A stretch of DNA of 64,000 nt from Camelus dromedarius (GCF_036321535.1 NC_087436.1:9982001-10046000); one strand, 5' to 3'; shown: positions 47,831 through 61,868, numbered from the stretch's first letter. The notes: generated by a model from the letters alone, not told the origin. A program made the numbers and translations.

Positions 47831-48854
47831 TTTATAACTTATTTTATGATATGACTGGAAATAAGACTCCACTTTTTTTTTTTTTTTAAGGATCCACTTT
47901 TGAGCTTTTAGAATATGTAAAATGACTACACAGGGTGAGGATCTGCTCTTGTATCTTTCTCACCCCAGCACCCTGCTGCCTAATCCTGTTCCCCACCCCT
48001 CAAAGAAGAGGATTCACTCACTTAACTGCTTAGAGCTCAGGCATTTTTCAGTGAAAAAGGGTTAGCTCAAAAGCAGGAATTTAGTCTCCATGCTGTCTCT
48101 GCATCCTCTTGCTGCCATGGAGCAAGTAGACCTTAGTCTAGAAATAAGGAGTCCAGAGTGGTTAAGTCCAGAGATGAGGAGAGAACAAATGGGCAAGTGG
48201 GAATGCCCTGTGGCAGAATCCCAACTTCACATTATTTGGAAAAAGTCTTCACAGTGTGTATAGTTAAGGTGATGGCACCTTCCTGGTTTCACCCTAGGAC
48301 AAGCCCAGAGCCACCATGGGATATTAATATCACTGAACATAATCTGCTAAGCTTTCATTAGACGTGTGACACCTCTAGTATGTTAGCTCCATTTTAATTT
48401 TATTTTTGTTTCAATAAATATGTTTGGCAAAAAATGTGCAAAAAATTTTTAAAGGACAAGACCAATATATTATAATAATATAAACTATATTATTAATATA
48501 TTGATTAATTAGCTGTAACACTTTTCATAATTTTCTATAATGTACTCCTTTAAGTCGTATAAAGCCATGTATCCATCTGGACCAAGCACCCTTGAAGGAG
48601 TTCATTTTATACAAACTTTCGTATTTTTTTCTGGCTTTAGACTATTCAGATTTTTTCTCAAACACATTTTTTTAAGTGTTTAGTTTAAAAACTATTCAAA
48701 TAAATTTATATGTATTTTTGTTACAAACAAAAACTTATCTTTCTGTGTCTGGTTGCACTAGCTCCTTATCTAATGTTATATGTGTACCTTATTTAGTTTA
48801 TTCTATCTCAAACATGCCATAGGACTTCCCATCTTGAAAAACCAAACTCTTTTT

Positions 48855-48945
48855 AAATTTTATTTTTTATTTTTTTATTGAAGTAGAGTTGATTTACAAT
48901 GTTTAGTTTCTGATGTACAGCAAAGTGATTGAAATATATATATAT
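48855..48945 (-). mobile_element. Short L1 3' end
   Basis: TTTTATTGAAGTAGAGTTGATTTACAATG...GTACAGCAAAGTGATT. Confidence 0.75.
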
Positions 48946-49034
48946 ATGTGCTCTAAAATATAAAATAAATACATATATATATATATATATATATATGCTC
49001 TAAAATGCTTGACTCCCGATTTTCTTTGTTTAAA

Positions 49035-49530
49035 TGGACTTATTTGTTGCTGAAGTCCAACATTCACATGTATATCATGGGTGTACAGTTCAATTACTTT
49101 TCCCAAAAGGAACACATCCATGGAATCACCACTTGGATCAACCTAGAATAACCTTCTGGCACCCAGAAGCTCACCTCGTCCTGGTTATCACACCTGCCTT
49201 CTCCTCTAAGGTAATCACTATACTGACTCCTATTACTATAGATTTCGTTTCCCAACTTTTGAACTTTATATGAATGAAATCAGAGTTTACGCTTCTGTGT
49301 CTACTTTTGGGTTCACATTATGTATGTGAGATTCATTCATTTCACTGCATGTTTATTTTCAATGCTTTGGATCCCATTGGATGAATATAGAACAGTTTAC
49401 TTTTTCATTCTGGAACTGATAGATATTTGGATAGTTTCCAGTTTTAGCTATTCTAAACAGAACTGCTGTGAACATCTTTGCACCTGTTTCTGATGAATAT
49501 GTTGTACACAATTTGGTTGTACTTAGGAAT
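49035..49530 (-). mobile_element. Old L1ME-like 3' fragment
   Basis: GTTTCCAGTTTTAGCTATTCTAAACAGAACTGCTGTGAACATCTTTG. Confidence 0.65.
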
Positions 49531-49829
49531 AGAATTATGTGCACCAGATGACAATCCCATAATATCCAAATCTGCATCACAGCAAAGCACTACTGAAATA
49601 TTGTACTATATTTACCACCCAAAAGTAACCACTTATAGACAACTGAAGGTAAATGATGTATGTTGATTCAATTTAGAGACTCCCGCACTCAAGACAGAGA
49701 GTGTCTGTTCACTCACATGGTGTGCCCCGGTCTCCACCTCAAGTGACGTTATGTGTTTGCCTGGTTTTGCGTGTGATGCAGAACCTGTACAATGAATCAA
49801 GCTAAGAGATAATTAAGATGTAGGTCCAC

Positions 49830-50040
49830 TATCACAAACTACTGTATATAAAAAAGATAAACAACGAGGTATTACTGTATAGCACGGGGAACTGTATTCA
49901 ATGTCTTGTAATAACTTACACCGAAAAAGAATCTGAAAAAAAAAATATACGCTTGTATATGTATGACAGAATCACTATGCTGTATGTACAGCAGAAACAA
50001 ACATAACCTTGTAAATCAGCTATATGTCAATAAAAAAGAA
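49830..50040 (+). mobile_element. L1 3' end
   Basis: AAGATAAACAACGAGGTATTACTGTATAGCACGGGGAACTG...GTCAATAAAAAA. Confidence 0.8.
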
Positions 50041-51261
50041 AGAAGTCTAATAGGCTAAAGTGACCTCAGAGGGAGGGAGAAGGAGGGACAGAAAACTCCA
50101 CAGGTGGGCTTAGATGAACGTCAAGGTGTTGAGTTCTGAAAGGCTCCAGGGTACATTATATATGAACAAATGAGGCTAGAAGGATATGGTTGGTGATGAA
50201 TCAGTCGCCTTTAATCCTCTTTATGTCACTCAGGTTAAGTGATAGTTTTTTTCCTTCTTACCCTTGGATTTCTGGACTGTGCCTCTTTGCATCCCACTGA
50301 GCAAAGCCTGAGCCATGTGGACTCCTAACTTATATTTGATTTAAAATTCAGCAACAATAAAAACACTCTTCTGATATTAGCAATAATCCTTATTTGAAGG
50401 AGAAAGAATGACATGATCAGGAGTGTGAAACCAGGAAGTACTTCTGTGTTGGTTTCCTTCAGATCCTTTATCTTATTCATTCATCTGTTTTACTAAAATT
50501 CTACTCACTTCTTCATCATGAAAGTCACTTCCTAAGTGAGGATTTTTAGCTAAGTCCAGAGGATCTGAAATTTTTCCGCTCATCTCTTAGAGTAGAGGAT
50601 GTATGTGAGCTGCCCCTCTGTAATTCCAATTATTGTTCATAATTCACTGCTGCGATGATCAGTTCAGGACTGAGGAGTCCTTCAAGCTTTAAAGAGAAGG
50701 GCAGAAATGTCAAGGGGACCATTAGTGATTACTGACCAGGACAACAAAAACATGATGTCATCAAGGCAGGAAGGCTGGTCCTTACCTCAGGACAGAAGTG
50801 CCAGGAGAGGACTTCCTAAATAGTTTTCATTAATAAATACATACACATAAATAAGTACACTATTTACTTATTGATCTTTTTAAAAAGAAGTACCCGTAAT
50901 GCTGTGTTTCGCTAGAATCGTGAAATTTTCTCTCCAATTAATTTCCGAGCACAGACGGCCATGTGGAAATCTTGGGCTGAAAGTCTGCGTTTTCATGCTC
51001 GTTTGGACATTGTTTTTTTTTTATTTTTAATAGAATAAACATAACCATCTTAATTGATGGTTCTTTCTTTAAGAAAAATAGAAGCACAGATGTATCGAAT
51101 TCTATTGCTTTTATAAAAAACTTGGAGAATATGCAGTTTTCCTTAAAAATAAAAATAAATTTCTCAGTTCCTTGGATTGTTATCAGCTGATACTTCTCAG
51201 CAATGAGTTTCATGTAATGTTTCAAAATAAATATTGCACCACTTTTGTTACGTTATTTTAT

Positions 51262-51300
51262 TACTATTATATTATTATTATTATTATTATTTTATTATTT
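51262..51300. repeat. (ATT)n trinucleotide repeat
   Basis: Read directly. Confidence 0.9.
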
Positions 51301-53289
51301 TTTCTTCTGAGGCAACTGAACAGGGGGGAAGCACATACCCACAAATGAGTAATATTTCTAACATTTCAATTAAATATAGAATAGATGAAAATTAAAAGTC
51401 TAGTTCAGAAGTTCAAGAGGACATAAATAAATCAGTCACTTATTAGAAGCTCTCCTGTTCAGTCTATCTGGGACAAGAGAGCATCCGCTAAGCTCCATTA
51501 GATTTTCTTTGTTTCCTTTGCATCTGTCATCTCAAATTTTTCTTGTGTTTTCACTCTCCTAAAAACCGTCTTGCTGGCTTTAGTTCACCTTGTTTGGCTT
51601 CTCAGCTTAAAAGGAAGTTTTTCAAGAAAGAGGTTACATATCACCGTAGCAACCTGGTTTGAGGGAAAGGCTGTATCCTAAAGCATAATAAAGCCCAAAC
51701 CAGCAGCTGGCAGATTTATTATTGCTAGCTATGTCTTCTTTAACTGTTCATGTTGTCCTGCTGGAAAGCGAACTATGCCAGGTCTTGAAGAAAGATGCTA
51801 GAAGTGTTTCCTAAAAGCACTGTGTGTAGTGGCGAGACCAGCTCATTATGCTCAGAAGAGTACCAGTCACTACTAGGTGAGCATAAGCTATCTTTTTATT
51901 TTAAAAAATGAGTAACTGTCAAAATATAGCAGGCTGAATATGAATAGGCACAGGCTGAGAAATTATAAAACAACAGATGTGACCTAAAAAGACGTTACGG
52001 ATTGAAGGACTATGGCACTATCTCAGTGTACGCACATTGCCTCTTTACTGAAGGAAACAAGAGCCCACAGAAGGTGGCCGCACCCAGACAGACTCACAAA
52101 CAGACAGACACCTGTCCTCCTCTCTCCTGGGCTTCATTTGTGGTGCTGTGTCCCAGATGTGTGAGTTTTGCCGTCGGCCAAAGTTTTCCAATCACGGATT
52201 AATACTTGCTTTTCTTGACCTTTCTTCTGCACTTTCCAGACCAAAGCTGGAGCCAAAAATCCTTACACACTCCTGCACCAAACAGGTAACCAAAAAATCA
52301 GAGAGACTAAAAAGAGCTATGAATGAAAAGGCAGAAATATTTCTCAGCATTGTATATCATTCCTATTAATATTTTCCGTTTCTCTTGAATGTGTGACGTC
52401 AGCCTGGTCCAAGGCAGAAAGAGAAAAAGGAAAAGAAAATTCCAGGTGGATGAAAGAACTTTGGGCTTGTGACAGTCGTATTATTGTATTATGGCAAAGC
52501 TGGCTGGCACCAGCTCTCTATATAAATCACCCCAGAGTGATAATCGTCCAATTTTCCCCACACTAAGGAAAAGATTATGTTAGAGCAGAATCTCTACTGA
52601 ATTCTAACAGCAAATTACATTTGGCCAAAAGCTCAGTGGACCCTTAACCACCATCTTATCCGAGTAGGTTCAGCACAGATGGACTAGATTAGAAAGAAGG
52701 ATGCTCTTAGTGTGGCTTATTAAGAGTAAAACGGAAGAGTGAGTGCTCATGTCCTTGCTTCCAGGATAATAATGTTTTGATTATTATGATGCTACAAGGT
52801 AGGAATGTTAGCAGAAAAAGACTTTCACAAGAATTTAAGAACACAATGAATTCCTAAACAGTATGCATGGCCTGTGTCCTTTACAATCTCAAGACCAATT
52901 ACTTATCCTATCAATGGATGGCTTAGGACTCACTGCCCACCATCCCTCCAACCCAGCTGTCTTTTCTGCTGGTGTCTTTCCTGGGTCTGATCCTAGGAAT
53001 CCTAACAGGTAGCAAGCAATGGGTTACATATGCTGTACCAACTCTTGTTCCTCAAAGGTCCATACATCCATGCAGTCTTTCAGAAACATAATTTGGAAAT
53101 ACATTTCAAAATCTGTTTTAATATTTATGTATTTTTTAATCCAGAACATGTCTTCCAGGAAATTCTGGTAAGGAAATAATTAAGACTACACACGAAACTA
53201 ATACTAAGATATACAGTGAAAGTTGTATATAATTTAAAAATGCAAATGATCAAAATGTCCATTAATAGGGGATTGTTAAAATGAATTTT

Positions 53290-55603
53290 GGAGAGGAGAT
53301 GATATCAGAGAGATGGCAGAATGGAAAGCCTCGATCTCTCCTTCCCCCTTCAACAGAAACACTGATTCAAAAACAGTACATGTACCAGTTCCCTGAAAAA
53401 TGTGGAAGCCAGCTGAGAGGCTCTTGTACCCTAAGGGAGCAAGAAGCCAGCCACATCAGAGCTGGTAGGGAAATCTGAGACACACTGTCACCATTGTCCC
53501 TCCCCTTGCCACAGAGTCATAGGATGGGGAAGAACCCCCCAGCTCCCAGCTTCTCTCTGGGGAGGGAAGGAAAGCACTAGAAAGCGCATCCAACATTTGG
53601 ATCTTCCAGGGGGCTGCCAAGGGAACTGGTTTCTGTCTTGCTTGAATCTGAGCATTGAAAGGAACTCCAGGGCGCTCTCTGGTTGGCAGCCACTGAGAAC
53701 AAAGATGGTGATTTGGACTAGCATGAGAGCAATCACCAGAGCTCCCCTCTGCAGCTCAGTGCAGAGTGAGCTGGTGATAAACCCCAAATCCCAGCTCCAC
53801 CCTCGGGGCAGAAAGAGTTAAGCTACACATCAAGGTTCCCTTTCCAAGGGCTGCCCCAGGGACTGGCGTCTGTCTTGCCTGTCTCAGAGCACTGCTAGGA
53901 CTCAGGATACTCTAGACGCCTGAGAGCCACTGAAAACAAAGATGACAGTTTGCACCAACAGACAAGCATTCCCCATAGCCCCTCTCCCTGGTTCAGCACA
54001 GAGAAAGGTGCCAAAAAGCCCCTGATCCCAGCTTCTTCTTGGGGAAGGAAAGATTTGGAGCAAGGGTTCAATATTCCATCTTTTCCAGTGGCTGCCCCAG
54101 GGACTGGCTTCTGTCTCTCCTGTATTGGAGTGCTGATGGTACGGGGCACACTCTGGATGCCCGGGGTTCTCTGAGAACAAAACTCATACACAATGCCCTA
54201 CAAGAGTTCCACCCCAGCAAGACTCCAAGCCCTTGTCTTTTCTCTGGGGAGGAAAAGAAAAGACTGAAATGCATACCCAGTGTTCAGACTTCTCAGGTGA
54301 CCACCCAAGGCCCTGGCTTCAGTCTCTGCCATTTCAGATCATGGAGGGGACCCAGAATATTCTAGATGTCTGGGGCCCACTGAGAACAAAGAAAGAGCTG
54401 AGAGAGTACCGCTTCCCCAGAGAACCCACATCACATGAGGAAGCAAGAGATTACAAACTTTCAGGAGAGAAAAAAAAAAAAAGAAACCAGTAAATCCCTC
54501 AACTTGGGAACTTATACCCAAGTCCAGAGAAGCTACACACACAGAGATAGTTTGAAAGGCATCCTGAGTCTCTTGCCAGACTGACGGGTGACGGTCTTAT
54601 CCTGTATGGGACCAGGCCACGAAGACTGAAGGAGGCGTCGTGACATTGGTCTTGGTGATGATTTCTTGTATATGACACCAAAAGCACAGGCAATAAAAGG
54701 AAAAATAGACAAGTGGGACCACATCAAACTACAAAGCTTTTGCTCGGAAAGAAAACAATCGAAAGAGTGAAGAATGGGAAAACATACATGCAAACTGTGT
54801 GTCTGATAAAAGGTTAATATCCAAAATATCCAAAATATATAAAGAGCTCATACAACTCAACAGCAAAAAAGACAAATCATCTGATTTAAACGTTGGCAAA
54901 GGACTTGAATAGACATTTCTCCAAGAAGACATACAATTGGTCTTCCTTGACCATATCGAAAGATGTTCAATATCGCTAATCATCAGGGAAATGTGTATCA
55001 AAACTACAATGAGATAACACTGTTAGGTTAGTTGTTATCAAACCAAAACAAAACAAAACAAAATACAAAAGATAACAAACATTAGACAAAATTATAACCC
55101 TTGTACACTGTTGAAGGGAATGTAAACTGCTGCTGCTCGGAAGAATTCCCCCCAAATTAAAAATAGAACTACCATATGATCCAGTAATCCTGCTTTCGAG
55201 TATTTAGCCAAAAGTATTGAAATCAGGACCCTGAAGAGATATTTGCACTCCTGCGTTCATGGTAGTATTATTCACGGGGTTCAGGATGTGAAGGAAACCT
55301 ACAAGTCCACTGTCAGATGAACAGACAAAGCAGATGTGGGACGTACAGAAGGCAGTTCTGCCGTATGTGACAACAAGGGTAGATGCTGAGGACATTATGC
55401 TAAGTGAGTGGTGTCCCTGGTTATCTGAGGTGTCTAAAATAGTCAAACTCATTTAAGAGGATAGTAAAATGAGGGGAGGGCATAGCTCAGGGGTAGAATG
55501 TGTGCCTAGCATGCAAGGGGTCCAGGGTCCACTCCCCAGTACCTCCATTACATAAATAAACAAATACATACATACATGAACCTAACTACATCCTCCTGCA
55601 AAA

Positions 55604-55653
<50 letters not shown>

Positions 55654-55863
55654 AAAGAAGAAGAGAATAAAATGGTGCTTGTTAGGGGCTGGGGGAGGGA
55701 AAAATGAGGAGTTACTATTCAACAGGTGTGAAGTTTAATTTACACAAGATGGGTAGGTTCTAGGGATCGCTGCACAGTGGTGTGCCTCTAGTTAATACTG
55801 TATTGTATATTGAAAAAAATTTTAAGAGAGTAGAACTCATGTTAAGTGTTTTTACAACAACTG
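53290..55863 (+). mobile_element. L1-derived element: 5'UTR-like region with four ~235-bp monomers joined directly to the ORF2 3' end and 3'UTR
   Basis: CTGA(G/A)AACAAA repeats at 53693, 53930, 54171, 54380; ORF2-end motif TGACATTGGTCTTGG...ATGACACCAAAAGCACAGGCAA from 54641; L1 3'UTR to ~55860. Confidence 0.7.
55472..55655 (+). mobile_element. vic-1-like SINE with A/(AT)n tail inside an L1 3'UTR
   Basis: GGGGAGGGCATAGCTCAGGGGTAGAATG...CCCCAGTACCTCCA, then poly(A) and (AT)n. Confidence 0.82.
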
Positions 55864-56689
55864 AAAAATTAATCATGGTAATCAAGACAGTGGAGAAGTA
55901 TGTAGACAATAAAAGAATATTGTTAATGGTGAGATTTTCTTCCAGCATTGCGTGAACAGAGCAAGCCACCAAAACAGAGTATGACTCTTTTGGGAGTAAT
56001 AAAAAAAAAAAATCTGCATATAAATGCAAAGCAAAGCAGTGATAACTGGAAGAGTATGTATCCAAGGCCAAAAATGGTCAACTATTTGCTTAGATTAGAA
56101 TATACATCTTAAGCAATATGTATTTATACATACGTATATTATGTGCCAGTCTTTATTTTTCCCGACTAAGCAGGCATTATGTACGTAATAAGTTGCTGTT
56201 TTTAAATTAGCTGATAACACAACTTACCTCTCTCAGAGGCACTTACACGTAAAAAGAATTTCAGCACCAACAAACTGCTACTCTTTGTTTAAAAAGGGAA
56301 GCAATTATTATGAGAGACCTTTAAGTCTATTTCACCTTTTTTCGCAAGAAATAAAAGAGAAAATTTGACATATGAAGCCGCTTTAGAGACGTTGCTAAAT
56401 CTAATCAGAGTACACGTGCGTGGGGTCCGCGGCATCCTTAACTACGGAAGATACCTGTTACATCCTGGGCCGGATGCTAGGATCAGAGTAGGCTTCCATT
56501 TACTTACTTATTTATTTATTCATTCATTTATTTAGTGGGCTGTGAGAGTTTTATCTGGAGGGATAGAAGGCCCAACTAGAGAAGGACAAAAAGAGTGCAA
56601 GAGAGACCAAACCTGAGCAGTTAACCATTTTTCTGCTCCCAAGAGGTAACTGCGGAATACCGGTGGATTAAATCACACAACTATATCGA

Positions 56690-57545
56690 GGGAACCACAC
56701 ACACTTATTAGCACGGCTAAAACCCTGAGGAGTAACAACAACAAATGCCGGCAGTCGTGCAGAGCAACAGAAACTCGCACTTACTGCTGGCGGGGCTGCA
56801 CAAGGGTACAGCCACTCTGGAGTAGTTTGGCAGGTTCTTACAAAACTAAGCGTATTCTTACAAATGACCTGATGATCACAGTCCTCAGTATTAATCAAAT
56901 GAGCTGAAAACTTCTGTCCACGTGCACGTAGATGTTTCTAGCAGCTTTACTCCGTAACTGCCAAAATTTGAAAGTAACCAAGACGTCCTTCAGCCAGTAA
57001 ATGGATAAGTACACTGTGCTTAATCCAGACAATGAAGTCTCACTTCACATTAAAGCAAATGAGCTACCAAGTCATGAAAAGGTATGGAGGAACCTTAAAT
57101 GCACATCACTAAGCGAAAGAGGCCAATCTGAAAAGACTCAGTACTGTGTGTATTGGTTCCAGCTATAGGAGATTCTGAAAAAGGTAAGATGTGGAGACAG
57201 TAAAAAGATCAGTGGTTGCCAGGGGTGGGAGAGACAGAGCACAGAGGACATTCAGGGCAGTGAAACTATTCTGTATGATACTATCATAATGGATATACAT
57301 CTTTATACATTTGTCAAAACCCATAGAATACACAACACCAAGGCTGAGCCTTAATGTAAGCTATGAACTTTGGGTGATAATGAAATGTCAGTGAAGGGTG
57401 CTCAGTTATAACAAAGGTACCACTCTGGTGTGGGGTGCTGATAATGGGGTGGGGGAGCTGTGTGTGGTAGGGCCCAAGGGGCACATGGGAAATCCCGGAA
57501 CCTGCTGCTTAGTTTTGCCGAAAATCTAATGTAAAGTCTATTTAA
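56690..57545 (+). mobile_element. L1MC-like 3' fragment
   Basis: ACAACACCAAGGCTGAGCCTTAATGTAAGCTATGAACTTTGGGTGATAATGA...GTACCACTCTGGTG. Confidence 0.8.
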
Positions 57546-57554
57546 AGGGGAGAT

Positions 57555-57855
57555 ACATGTATGTATATATACACATATGTATCTATTGTATTATATAATG
57601 TATCATGATTTATTATATTATTTATATAATTCAAATTATATAATTATATACAATTTATATAAAATATAAATTTTATTTATTTTATATATATTAGATATAT
57701 TAGATATAAATATATTATATAAATTATATAATTTTAATTAACTATATAATTTATATATAGGTATATAATTTATATTACATAATATAATTTATGTTATATA
57801 AACATGTAATTCATATAATATAAAATTTATTATATAATTCTATTATATAATAGAA
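57555..57855. repeat. AT-rich low-complexity tract
   Basis: ~300 bp almost entirely A/T following the L1MC tail. Confidence 0.9.
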
Positions 57856-60779
57856 CATTGAGAATAAGATGTTAAATCATTAAGTCTAAAGAAATAAAAC
57901 AACATAATCAGAAAGAGGGACAGTCTTCAGATACAGAGATGGAGAAGAAAGGAGCAGGAATTTTCCCTCAAAGATGTCTCATAGCTGATTGTTATCGAAT
58001 ATTTACTTGCCCTTTGAGGCCACATGTGTATTTGTCCTCAGTGGCTTTTCTGCTGCTCAATCACTTCCGCTCATTGCCTCATCCTCTGTCATGCTCCCCT
58101 GGAATTTTCCAAGCCTTTATCCTGCTTTTAGTTTGGCTTGTCTGATTTCTTTGTACTTTCATTCCTCCATTTTCCGGTCGAAGAGAAATGGTAAATGAAG
58201 ACCCTGAGCCCTGAAGATCTGGGGCAGCTAGCTCCGAGTTACAAAACACTCACCAACAAGTCTTCAGTCCAAAATCAGTTCTAGCTTTAGGTCCCCTAAC
58301 CCACAAACAATAAAGGAAAATGACATTCCCTTTGAGACAAAAGTTCAAATATTAGTTATTCTGGTAGACTGTTTGCTGCTGTTGTATTTGTCTCAATGGA
58401 AAGATACAGAACAGGTTATTCTTTGTAGAAAACACTAAAATGTCAGCAATCCTGATAGATAGAACAGAAATCCTAATGGGATGCTCTTCATTACAGCTAT
58501 AGGAATAACTGACTGACTTCTCCTTTACCTCCTAAAATAAAGAAAATGAAGATTTGACATTCTAGACTATTTTAGAAAAGTGGCTAAAGCCTATTGTTAG
58601 AGACACCGATGGGCTACACTGTGGGCGTGGCTAAGGATTATATTTGCTGTCAATGTGTTCCCTGTACAATGGGTGTTGGTAGAATGTTCTGTGCAGTGGC
58701 GCGTCTTCCATTCTGCCCTTGCTGCCTTAGGACAGCGTCCGCAGAAGGTCAGCTAGCATGCTGAAACAAGCGACAGTCATCAGCACTGATGGCTGCGGGA
58801 CTTTTCCAAGACCTCAGAGGCCAGCAGCATAACTAACCCCTGCACCGCTCAGTTAATTCTAAGGGAAGAATTGGGACAGCCAGTGTAAATGCTCTTAGTA
58901 AGAAGCTTTGGTCTGAAGGATGGTGAGGAACCAGGTGTGACTGAAGAAGTATATGGAATCGGAAGGTTTGTTTTCACAGGGGAGAGAAATCACAGCAAAT
59001 TGGCGTGATGATGGAATGATTTTTCTTAACAGAATAAGGTTTTTGACGGAGAGGCAGAAGAGGGGAGAGGTGGTGGTGGTTTCAGGAGAGAGAAGAAGAA
59101 ATTTAAAAACCATTTAGGAAAAGTGGGAGAGAGAGAAAATAAACCAGGAAATATGCTTGGATTGCTGGGCAGGTCCAGGGCCTGTCTTGAGTCTAAGTCA
59201 TGAATTCAAAGAAAGACCAAGCAGCACTGAGGGGTGATTCTCTCTCCAGCAGTGCTCAGACATGTGGGTGCAGCAGGAGGTGCGGGGAAAACTGGATTTG
59301 ACCAGTGCTGGAATTTTTCCAGGCAAGCTTGATGAAGCCAAAGCGGGTACAGAAGTTGAGCCTGTAGGTAAAGAAGCAGTTAGAATATTGAAACATAGAA
59401 ATAAATAAATAAATTTTTAAAATACTGACATAGATAGATAAATGAATAAATAAATAAACAATTGCTTATTTAGTTCCTGACACTGGCTGAATGATAGATT
59501 TCTTTCATTATCTCATTTAATTTTCGGAACATTATGGGAATATTGTATTTATTTATTTTATCCAACATATGTTTATTGAGGACTAGTAAATACCAAACAC
59601 TTTTCCATAATCGTGGCTTATTCATAGAATAAGTGTGCAAATGAAGTGTGTAGATGAAGGGTGCACCCATGGAGTAGGAAAATGAAAATAACCATAAATG
59701 CATGAACAGGATAATTTCAGGTAGCAGGCAGTGCTTTGAAGGCAATAGAATTGCATAAGATAGCGGAGCTTGGCTGAGGTGGGAGACGATATTATATCAA
59801 GTAGCGGAAGTGAGAAAACTGGGCTGGAACAAGGATAAAATGGTCCACGCAGCACACACATGTAAAGCGAGTATGAGCTGAGGATAGAGGTAAGTCTTGC
59901 ATGTACAAGAGCAGCAGTGAAGCAAGTGCACTCACAACTGAGGCTCAGCACAGTCTGTGTGAGTGGCGCCCCCTCGAGGCGACAGCCTGCACACGCAGCA
60001 CCAAAGGGAGAGGGCATCCTCTGCAGACATCGCTCTTCAATGGAGAATACGTGATTGGTCCGCATGTAGAAATCACTTCAAAATACATACGATGACGATG
60101 AGACGCTGATATCCAGCTCCCTAGGAATTTGAGAAAACCCTTAACTGCATGAGGTTATGATAATCGCTTCTGATTCTGTCTGGTACCTATCTTCTCTTCT
60201 TCTGTTGCTGAGCCCCGCTGATTCTTGTGTGTGTTTCCCATGGTTCTTCTCCCACACCTGTCCCTGCTTGAATGCCATTTACTTTTAGGAGAAAGCTTAT
60301 TTAAGTCGCTGTAGGAAATGACTGGTTTCTACTCCCGCAACTACTCCAGGTTCATGTTAAGGGCAGTCGTTACCTGCTGCACTGTCTGGGACGCTTGCAT
60401 CTTTACTGTGCTCTGCGAATAAATACCCGTGGCCGGTCTTACATGTGAGCTCTCTATTTGCAAGCGGCTCTGCCTGGCTGGTTTCCTCTTCTGAGTGCTT
60501 TCTGTCCTTTGGCAGATGCCCCAGTGTTCTCTGTCCTTTCTGTGCTGCTGCCATGAGAAAACACTGTATTTTCCCTTCTGTTATGTCACAGTTTGGCATA
60601 AAGAATAATTGTCTGATTAAGTTTGAATTGAAAAGGAATCTCCATTGGGGGAAAATGTGGCTGCCATAATGTAATAGAGTGTGTATCCTAAATTATATCA
60701 TCTCTTGGATTTTTCTGGCTAGCCATATAATGGCCACTGTATCACAAAATATAAAGAAGAATGAATTAACGCAAACTAT

Positions 60780-61050
60780 GGTTCCCAAAGCAGCAAGGGT
60801 TGGGAGGGATAAACTAGGGGTTGGGGATTAACAGATACACATTACTGTATATAAAAGAGATAAACAACAAGGACCTACTATAGCGCACAGGGAACTATAT
60901 TCAATTCCTTGTAATAACATATAATGGAAAAATAACCTGAAAAGGAAATATATATATTTATGTATATGTATAACTGAATCACTTTGCTGTATACTTGAAA
61001 CTAACATTGCAAGTCAACTACACTTCAACAAATTTTTTTAAAATAATAAA
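60780..61050 (+). mobile_element. L1 3' end, same type as 11511-11760
   Basis: GGGATAAACTAGGGGTTGGGGATTAACAGATACAC...CAACTACACTTCAA. Confidence 0.85.
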
Positions 61051-61770
61051 TTAATTAATTAATTAATTTGAAAGGTCTGGAATCCAGTCTCACTGCTGAC
61101 ACTTATTAGCTAGCTACTAGACATTGTTCATTCTTTTATCATCTCTCTAAACAGGTTTGGGTCTAGCTGATAGTGTTCTTCTGAATGTAGGTAAAAATGA
61201 TTTGTTCATCAGGAAAATGCTTTATAGACCTAAGGCATTATTGTACAGATAATTTTTCTGTGTGCTTCTCTATACTACCTTTATTTTAAGGTTATAATTA
61301 AGATGGGTCTTAAAAGGGTACAGGTGCAATGATATCTGTCCACGAAGGTAGTGTTATGGAATATTTAAATGTAACCATATCAGATTCCAGCAAGAAGACT
61401 TTGCCCTGGGAAACTTACTGTGTAGGAGACAGGGTTAAAGATATTCACAGTAATTGTGAATATGAGTCATGAGAAATTGAACTGCCCTAATGTACTAATG
61501 GCTTAAAAGCCTGTGAAGTGACCAAAATATCCACTTGCACATGGGAAAGAACATCATGGCCTCCTAAAGGACTGAAGTCACATAGCTACCTTGAAAAACA
61601 CCGAACTGGAAGAAATCCTTCTCTCCTTTTTTTTTCTACTTATTGGAGATTTCACAAAATTAGTTCTAAAAAAAAAAATTGCAATGAAAAATTGTAATGA
61701 AGGAAGAGGTTTAAAGGGTCACAGTTATGACAAGGGTTCAAGAAAAATAAATAAGTAGAGTTGTTTTTTT

Positions 61771-61868
61771 GGCGGGGGGAGGATAATAGCTCAGTGGTGT
61801 AGCGTGTGCTTACAATGCCCCAAGTCTTGGGTTCAATCCTCAGTAGCTCCATTTAAAAAAAAAAAAAA
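61771..61868 (+). mobile_element. vic-1-like tRNA-derived SINE
   Basis: GGGGGGAGGATAATAGCTCAGTGG...GGGTTCAATCCTCAGTAGCTCC, poly(A); flanks AGAGTTG(T/A)TTT. Confidence 0.85.

Noticed and set aside
53600..54400. CRISPR-like or coding tandem array
   Set aside because: Eukaryotic context; long diverged monomers without unique spacers; best explained as an L1 5' region
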